This document shows positions 35,396 to 42,733 of a DNA stretch of 42,733 nucleotides, piece by piece. The position numbers and the translations under genes were made by a program. The notes under the pieces are model-generated. The model saw only the letters and a program-made list of their open reading frames with translations, searched no databases and was not told where the DNA came from. Positions within the stretch are counted from its first letter, which is position 1; each line of letters begins with the position of its first letter. This stretch comes from Octopus bimaculoides (lineage: Eukaryota): the NCBI RefSeq assembly GCF_001194135.2, contig NC_069001.1, positions 23,146,868 through 23,189,600 on the forward strand, read 5' to 3'.

Positions 35396-36475
35396 TTTTG
35401 TAGCTTCTGGTATACTCGCTAAGGTTAAACAAAGAATGAATCGAAGCGTGAATGTATCAATTCTAACTATTTCACATGTTGCAGTGAGTTTGTTTAGCTC
35501 AGTACTTGCTGCTTCTGCTGCTGCTGCTCTGGAAGGGTTGTGCGTGTGCGTGTGTGTGTGCGTGTGTGGGAGGGGGATAGGGAGTTTGGGAATGAAATAT
35601 GGAAGGAAAGAAACATGAGGCTGAGAAAAGGAAAATATAAGGTGAAGGAAAAATGGAGAGAGACAAACATAGGAAGATATAGATAAATAGATAGATAGAT
35701 AGAGAGAGAGAGAGTGAGAGAGAGAGAAGGGAAAGGAAGATATGGTAAGCAATGAGAGAGTGAAAGACATACATAGTTAAATAGAATAACATTTTACACA
35801 CATGTAGACATATATAGTATATAAATTATGCACACTTACATATGCGTATGTATACAATACACACATATATACATATATCCACACACACACACACACATAC
35901 AAGCATAGCTTAATTGTCTGTTAGCCAAAAAAAGAAAACAAGATCTAACCGTTTATAGGCTTTAACCAAGAATATAGCGCTCAGTGTGTGAGTGAGTTAG
36001 CATGTGTGTATGTGTAGATAATGATGCAAATAAACAAATAACCATGCTTGAGTTTCATATATAAGTATCCATACATACATATGTACATGAAATATAGATA
36101 TAGGTATATATAGAGAGAGAGACAAAATTGAAAATATTTATCAGATGAACATTCATGAGTAATGATATAGTTATTTATATATTTATAGTACAGATTTACA
36201 TGAAGTACAAAGATACAGAAAGCTGAGAGGAGAGGGGATAGTATTTCAGGTCCAGCTGTTTCAAGGAGCTCAGAATTACATAATTGTTGTAATGTTGGCA
36301 GGTGGAGTGTGCAAAAGGTGAAGGATATGCAACCAGTAGTGGATGTATATAAACATTGCTGTAAATTTAGCCACCATCTTCGGAGTGGAGAAATTGAATG
36401 ACCCAGGGAGAGAACTCATGCTCACCAAAGAAACTTCGATATTTAATAATTGACACTTTATCAATGCATGGATTA

Positions 36476-36678
36476 CTCTCTTTTACTCTTTTACTTGTTT
36501 CAGTCATTTGACTGCTGCCATACTGGAGCACCACCTTTAGTCGAACAAATCGATCCCAGGACTTATTCTTTGGAAGCCTGGTACTTATTCTATCCATCTC
36601 TTTTGCTGAACCACTAAGTTACGGGGACGTAAACACACCAGCATCGGTTGTCAAGCGATGTTGGGGGGACAAACACAG

Positions 36679-36715
<37 letters not shown>

Positions 36716-36887
36716 CGCATATACGATGGACTTCTTTCAGTTTCCACCTACCAAATCCACTCACAAGGCATTGGTCAGCCCGAGGCTATAGTAGAAGACA
36801 CTTGCCCAAGGTACCACACAGTAGGAATGAACCCAGAACCATGTGGTTGGTAAGCAAGCTACTTACCACACAGCCACTGCTGCGCCT
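36476..36887 (-). mobile_element. SINE family A, complete and least diverged copy
   Basis: Head, CORE-like domain, (CA)n, tail and terminal (TAAAAGAG)n all present. Confidence 0.93.
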
Positions 36888-37329
36888 AGGATTCACTATC
36901 CTATTCTCATATTAGAGTAGATAAAACTTATAATAAATTGAAATCTTTGGACATTCTTGTAATGATGAATATGCTTTGATATGCATAGATGCAACTGAAA
37001 CATTTTCTCTTCTGTTACCCTCCCGAGATATGAAATTCAAGATTCACACTCTCCAAAGGTGACCACATAACTGAAATAATAAACTGTTAGTTCAATCCCC
37101 TACTCTGTGAAAAGTGAAAATAGTGTAAGACAATTGAAGGGAAAGGGAGTGAGAAATATGATCATTGGCTAAAATATTACCTTTCTGCTTGCTGAAAATA
37201 GCAGCCAAATTTATCACAATAATAATATGGTTTTTGATATACAAATCATTAGATTGTCACAGCTAAAATATCTTTTTTCATCTGTTTACTCTGCTGCTAT
37301 TCATGTATAAATACATATAATTGCAATAT

Positions 37330-37690
37330 TCTTCTCCAGTCGCACTGCTTTCACTGATTCCTATGACTCTCTGTCACCATCCATTTCTATCATTATAAAT
37401 TTAAATTGGATGTTTGAGTCACAATGAACCTTTTATTAGCTGATGACACAACCATGGATGCTGTCCCTATGGATGCATTCCAGTTACTCTCTTGATAGAG
37501 TTTGATGATCCTGACTGTTGATCTTCTAGGATTCCTTTGTCCAGCATCAATGTAAGAAGCACCATTGGCTCAGCTGAGCTCTTCTGCTACCTCTTCACAA
37601 TCCACCATGCTACAGTCCCATGGCTTTGCCATATCCTTGACAGGTTGGCTGAATGGGTGCTATGCCTTGCCAAAGGGCTAACTGTAACTA
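37330..37690 (-). mobile_element. Probable degraded LINE 3' fragment
   Basis: RTE-like terminal wording; shares a 37/38-nt segment (catgggactgtagcat.gtggattgtgaagaggtagca) with about 25245-25282. Confidence 0.4.
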
Positions 37691-37789
37691 TGCAGGCATC
37701 TTCAGAATACCCGCATACCAGTGCATACAATATATATATATATATATATGTGTGTATAGGAACACACACACACACTGGTCTGTCACAGG

Positions 37790-38228
37790 ATTTTTCAATT
37801 TTGCCAGCTAAATGAACTGGAGCAATGTGAAATGAACAGTTTGCTAAAGCAGTGGTTCCCAAAATTTTTCAGGCTGCTGCCCCCTTGGAACCCAGACAAT
37901 ATTGCTAGCACCCCTCACCCTCCCCACCACAAATATAGACCACTTTCTGTGGCAAATTCAAAATAACTGTATTTCACAAATAAAACTTTAACCTAATTAA
38001 CCTATTAATATATTTTTTTTTTACATCTATCATCCCATTTTGGCCACCCCATTATCATCCCATTTTCTTCAACACACCACTGGATCTTTCCACCCTGCTC
38101 CAAGGGGGAAGTACTGCTCAGTTTAGGAACCACTGTGCTAAAAAAACACGATGCATTGTCTGGTCCAGGAATTGAAACCAGTCTGACAAGCATAAGGGTA
38201 AAACCTTACGCACTAAGCCATGTGCCCC
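37790..38228 (-). mobile_element. SINE family D interrupted by a hAT MITE
   Basis: Head ggcacatggcttagtg..tttcaattcctggacc and CORE-like atttcacattgctccagttca on either side of the MITE. Confidence 0.6.
37850..38135. mobile_element. hAT-Charlie-type MITE
   Basis: TIRs cagtggttcccaa / ttaggaaccactg; TSD tgctaaag / tgctaaaa. Confidence 0.88.
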
Positions 38229-38664
38229 CCCCCCCACACACACACACATACATACAGAAAGAAATAGAGAAATAGACAGAGAGAGAGAGAGAGGGAGAAA
38301 GACAAATCGATAGATAAACAGATAGATAGATAGAGAGAGAAATACTGAATGGTTAAAACATGGCTACACTGTTGACAAATCTTAATAAATCAAGACAGTT
38401 GTGTTGTGTTAGTAAACATTTATTTACATCTAACATGAATGAATAAAGACTATAAACAGTCTGTGCTGGAAATTGAATCCACATTTGCATAAGTAATAGA
38501 TATATGGTTTACATTTTTGTGACTTAATTTTTGTTTCACTCTGAATTTAACACAAACACCTGTGTTGTGTTTAATATTATATATGAAAGATAATGTTTAT
38601 GTCAAGAATCAGAGTGTAATACTGTTAAAAGGTAGATAGACAGATAGATACATTTTTACATTAG

Positions 38665-38850
38665 CTCTTGTTAGTTTCTGTTTTACATTAAAACTAACCA
38701 GGTATAACTTTTCATACCTACCCTACAATGTCATTCTAAAAATATAAAAACACAACACTGAAACCTTGGCACTTCAAGATGTGTGATTAAATCAAAACAA
38801 TGTGAATAAATAAGCAATACATTTGGCAAAGAAATGTGAATGTTAAAGGG
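38665..38850 (+). mobile_element. piggyBac-type MITE, 3' portion
   Basis: cctaccctacaatgtcattctaaaa..taaaggg|ttaa. Confidence 0.7.
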
Positions 38851-38891
38851 TTAAACCGAAGTACTCAATACACTTTGTAAGGGGAGCATTT

Positions 38892-39345
38892 TTTTCTTTT
38901 ACTTGTTTCACTCATTTGACTACGGCCATGCTGGGGCACTGCCATGAAGAATTCTTTTAGTCAAACGAAATGACCCTGGTTATTTTTTTTCTAGCCTGTT
39001 ACTTATTTTTCACTTTCTTTTGCTGAACTGCTAAGTTATGGAGATGTAAACAAACAACACTGGGGACGTAAACAAACAAAGCAGTTGTGGGAGACAAACA
39101 CAGACACAAATATCACACACGCACGCACACACACACACACATGCACACACACACACACACATACACTCACGCACACACACAGAAAAAAAAAAACAACGAG
39201 CTTCTTTCAGTTTCTGTCTACCAAATCCATTCACAAGGCTTTGATCAGCCTGAAACTATAGTAGAAGACACTAGCCTGAGGTGCCACACAGTGGGATTGA
39301 ACCTAGAACCATGTGGTTGGAAAACAAACTTCTTACCACACAGCC
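38892..39345 (-). mobile_element. SINE family A, complete
   Basis: Tail, (CA)n and head on the minus strand. Confidence 0.85.
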
Positions 39346-39350
39346 AAGCC

Positions 39351-39391
<41 letters not shown>

Positions 39392-39504
39392 GTTTATTAT
39401 ATTTACACAAGCAATGGAGTGCCAGTGACTTCAAAGCCTTGACTTGCTAACTAGCGAAGACTAGCAGGTCAAAACTTTGAAGTTACTGTCAACACTTTTT
39501 AGTG

Positions 39505-39800
39505 CGGACATGGCTGAATGGTAAGAATTTAGGCTTCCAACTACATGGTTCTGGGTTTAGTCCCACTCTGTGGCACCTTGGGCAAGTGTCTTCTACTATA
39601 GCCTTGAAGGTCACCAAAAGTTTGTGAGTGGATTTGGTAGATGGAAACTGAAAGAAGCCTGTCATGTTTATCTATATCTGTATATGTGTTTGTGTGTGTA
39701 TCTTTTTGTCTGTGTTTGTCCCTTACCACCACTTGACAACTGACTTAGGAATGTTTACTTCTTTGTAACTTAGCAGTTTGGTAAAAGTGACAGATAAATC
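39505..39800 (+). mobile_element. SINE family A head and partial tail
   Basis: tggctgaatggtaag..gggtttagtcccac..ggcaccttgggcaagtgtcttctactatagcc. Confidence 0.85.
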
Positions 39801-39829
39801 CTTTTTGCACACAGTCGAAAGCTCTGCAT

Positions 39830-40107
39830 ACCAGATGCTAGCAAGTTTATGGGGTCATCGGGAGAGAATGCATGCTGTTTCAGGGCCTTTCTTGTGATGG
39901 CAATATTATACACTGGCTTCCCTCACTGAAATGAGGCCTTCCTTGCCAGATCAACTGGTTTACTAGGTTTCACTCAACATTCTTCCAGCCATCACTCATC
40001 GTCTCTTTTTAACCAAATCCAGTGGCTTGCCTTCTTCACTGTAGTCTGGATATCACTTGTGATGGTATTTTCTTTACAATGAGTTAGGCCTAATGTCAAA
40101 GGTCACT
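39830..40107 (-). mobile_element. HERO-like RLE non-LTR retrotransposon C-terminus and 3' UTR, cut by the gap
   Basis: LGLTHCKENTITSDIQTTVKKASHWIWLKRDDE*, matching the AS.W.WL.R C-terminal signature. Confidence 0.6.
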
Positions 40108-40971
40108 NNNNNNNNNNNNNNNNNNNNNNNNNNNNNNNNNNNNNNNNNNNNNNNNNNNNNNNNNNNNNNNNNNNNNNNNNNNNNNNNNNNNNNNNNNNNN
40201 NNNNNNNNNNNNNNNNNNNNNNNNNNNNNNNNNNNNNNNNNNNNNNNNNNNNNNNNNNNNNNNNNNNNNNNNNNNNNNNNNNNNNNNNNNNNNNNNNNNN
40301 NNNNNNNNNNNNNNNNNNNNNNNNNNNNNNNNNNNNNNNNNNNNNNNNNNNNNNNNNNNNNNNNNNNNNNNNNNNNNNNNNNNNNNNNNNNNNNNNNNNN
40401 NNNNNNNNNNNNNNNNNNNNNNNNNNNNNNNNNNNNNNNNNNNNNNNNNNNNNNNNNNNNNNNNNNNNNNNNNNNNNNNNNNNNNNNNNNNNNNNNNNNN
40501 NNNNNNNNNNNNNNNNNNNNNNNNNNNNNNNNNNNNNNNNNNNNNNNNNNNNNNNNNNNNNNNNNNNNNNNNNNNNNNNNNNNNNNNNNNNNNNNNNNNN
40601 NNNNNNNNNNNNNNNNNNNNNNNNNNNNNNNNNNNNNNNNNNNNNNNNNNNNNNNNNNNNNNNNNNNNNNNNNNNNNNNNNNNNNNNNNNNNNNNNNNNN
40701 NNNNNNNNNNNNNNNNNNNNNNNNNNNNNNNNNNNNNNNNNNNNNNNNNNNNNNNNNNNNNNNNNNNNNNNNNNNNNNNNNNNNNNNNNNNNNNNNNNNN
40801 NNNNNNNNNNNNNNNNNNNNNNNNNNNNNNNNNNNNNNNNNNNNNNNNNNNNNNNNNNNNNNNNNNNNNNNNNNNNNNNNNNNNNNNNNNNNNNNNNNNN
40901 NNNNNNNNNNNNNNNNNNNNNNNNNNNNNNNNNNNNNNNNNNNNNNNNNNNNNNNNNNNNNNNNNNNNNNN
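40108..40971. other. Assembly gap (N run)
   Basis: N bases. Confidence 1.
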
Positions 40972-41016
40972 GTATGAGTTATATATAGAGTGATAATCTT
41001 CTTGAACAATATCGTT

Positions 41017-41160
41017 ATCATCATCATCACCATCATCGTCAATTAGTATTCATTTTCCATGCTAGCCTGGGTTGGACAGTTTGACAGGCGCTGGCAAGTT
41101 AAAGGACTGCACCAAGTTCTACTGTTTGTTTTGGTATGGCTTCTATGACTGGATATCATT
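41017..41160 (-). mobile_element. RTE LINE 3' tail fragment
   Basis: (CAT)n followed by ttttccatgctagcctgggttggacagtttgacagg. Confidence 0.75.
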
Positions 41161-41454
41161 GAATATTTTGAGGAGAGGATGTGATAGCATTCCAGATAGA
41201 GAAGAGAGGCAAGGAAAAGAAAAGAAAACTTCTCAGGCTGATGAGAGGCAATTAGGTTGGAATCATATATTCCCTCACCTGAGAGTAAACAATGTCTTCT
41301 TAAAAACAAGAATAAAAATAACGTGTGTGTAGGGAGAGGGAGAGAGAGATAGATAGATAGAGAGAGGGATAGAAAGTGATAATGATGCAAATAAATTAAT
41401 AAAACCGCTTGGGTTAGATATATGAGGTATACATACATATATACATGTTGTTTG

Positions 41455-41820
41455 TTTTTGTTGGCACTTCGTTGCTTACGACGTCGAGGGTTCCAGTTGA
41501 TCTGATCAATGGAACAGCCTGCTCGTGAAATTAACGTGCAAGTGGCTGAGCACTCCACAGACACGTGTACCCTTAACGTAGTTCTCGGGGATATTCAGCG
41601 TGACACAGTGTGACAAGGCTGACCCTTTGAATTACAGGTACAACAGAAACAGGAAGTAAGAGTGAGAGAAAGTTGTGGTTGAAGAGTACAGCAGTGTTCG
41701 CCACCATCCCCTGCTGGAGCCTCATGGAGCTTTGGGTATTTTCGCTCAATAAACACTCACAACGCCCGATCTGGGAATCGAAACCGCGATCCTATGACCA
41801 CGAGTCCGCTGCCCTAACCA
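41455..41820 (-). mobile_element. SINE family C, near full length
   Basis: Reverse complement of 3011-3395. Confidence 0.88.
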
Positions 41821-41830
41821 NNNNNNNNNN
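41821..41830. other. Assembly gap (10 N)
   Basis: N bases. Confidence 1.
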
Positions 41831-42002
41831 TTTTAGTCAAATGAATCAACCCCAGTACTTATTTTTTATAAGACTGATACTTATTATGCTGGTCTCTTTT
41901 GCTGAACCACTAAGTTACAGGGATATAAACACACTAGCACTGTTTGTCAAGTGGTGGTGGGGGAACAAACACAGGCACAAAGACACAACACACCCACCCA
42001 CT

Positions 42003-42038
<36 letters not shown>

Positions 42039-42305
42039 AGTTCTTTTACTCACTTCAGTCATGCAGCTGTGGTCATGCTGGAGCACCACCATGGTCATTT
42101 TGATTTCCTCAAACTGGAGTGTTTCAAATCACCACTCTTGTATGTGTCTTTGTCCCAGCTGATGGCCCATTGGTGGATAAGGGAGTTTGATTCCACTGCC
42201 CTTGAAGGGCTTCTTTCAGTGTCCGTCTACCAAATCCACTCGCAAGGCTTTGGTTGGCCAAAGACTGTAGTAAAAACACTTGCCCAAGGTACCACACAGC
42301 TATGC
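41831..42305 (-). mobile_element. Rearranged SINE family A fragments
   Basis: Tail pieces at 41831-42090 and a head piece at 42205-42305. Confidence 0.7.
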
Positions 42306-42531
42306 CTGTATATATATATGTGTGTGTGTGTGTGTGTAAATATATGTATATAATAATCATATGTGCTTATATGTGTAAAATGAGTGAAGAGAGGCAGGGG
42401 AAATAGCATAATGTACACAATGTCAGTTAAATTTCTTAATACATTGTCTTCTATTCTAGCATTTTTTTTTTATAAAGACACACATTGATAATAAACCTCA
42501 ACACTACACCACCCAACGATCACTACTTTAA

Positions 42532-42733
42532 CCCTTTAGCATTTAAACTGGCCATACCCAGCCCAAATATTCTATCTGCTTTATGTTCAAACAGGTCAGA
42601 TCCAGCCAGTCACACCTACCCCACACTGTCATTCTAAAAATAAGCAATCACATCTTCAACATCTTGAATCTACAAGATAATACATGATTAATCTTTAAAA
42701 ATTTGGATAAATTCCATGTGGGATAATGGTTAG
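42532..42733 (+). mobile_element. piggyBac-type MITE, 5' portion
   Basis: ttaa|ccctttagcatttaaactggccata.. Confidence 0.8.

Noticed and set aside
39855-39895. GAAAC..CCGATGA in the HERO-like 3' UTR as a type II hammerhead
   Set aside because: The flanks that should form stem II are not complementary and the core is imperfect.
40074-41042. 322-aa and 294-aa ORFs
   Set aside because: Artefacts of translating N bases.

Overview
AT-rich, microsatellite-dense eukaryotic DNA with four assembly gaps. I could not support any host protein-coding exon. The repeat landscape is several tRNA-headed SINE families with CORE-like domains, RTE LINE tails ending in (GAT)n and abundant (TA)n/(CA)n/(TCTA)n. 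This strongly resembles octopod cephalopod genomes, but that is an inference from pattern, not a database match. The window reads as intronic or intergenic DNA made of nested transposon fossils. DNA transposons: three mariners, a Tc1-like element with DD36E spacing, a pogo/Tigger end, and hAT-Charlie, mariner and piggyBac-type MITEs. Retroelements: RTE LINE 3' ends, a long R4/Dong-like LINE relic, a HERO-like C-terminus and two Penelope-like (GIY-YIG) fragments. The most interesting signals are: (1) several minimal hammerhead-ribozyme-like motifs in Penelope-type termini, one with an intact catalytic core at 33735-33763; (2) a SINE family whose internal microsatellite repeatedly takes up other elements; (3) a near-perfect local inverted duplication; (4) an unclassified three-copy repeat with a conserved hairpin; (5) the DD36E Tc1 relic. 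Most ORFs in the supplied track are microsatellite or N-gap artefacts. Element boundaries without TIRs or TSDs are approximate.
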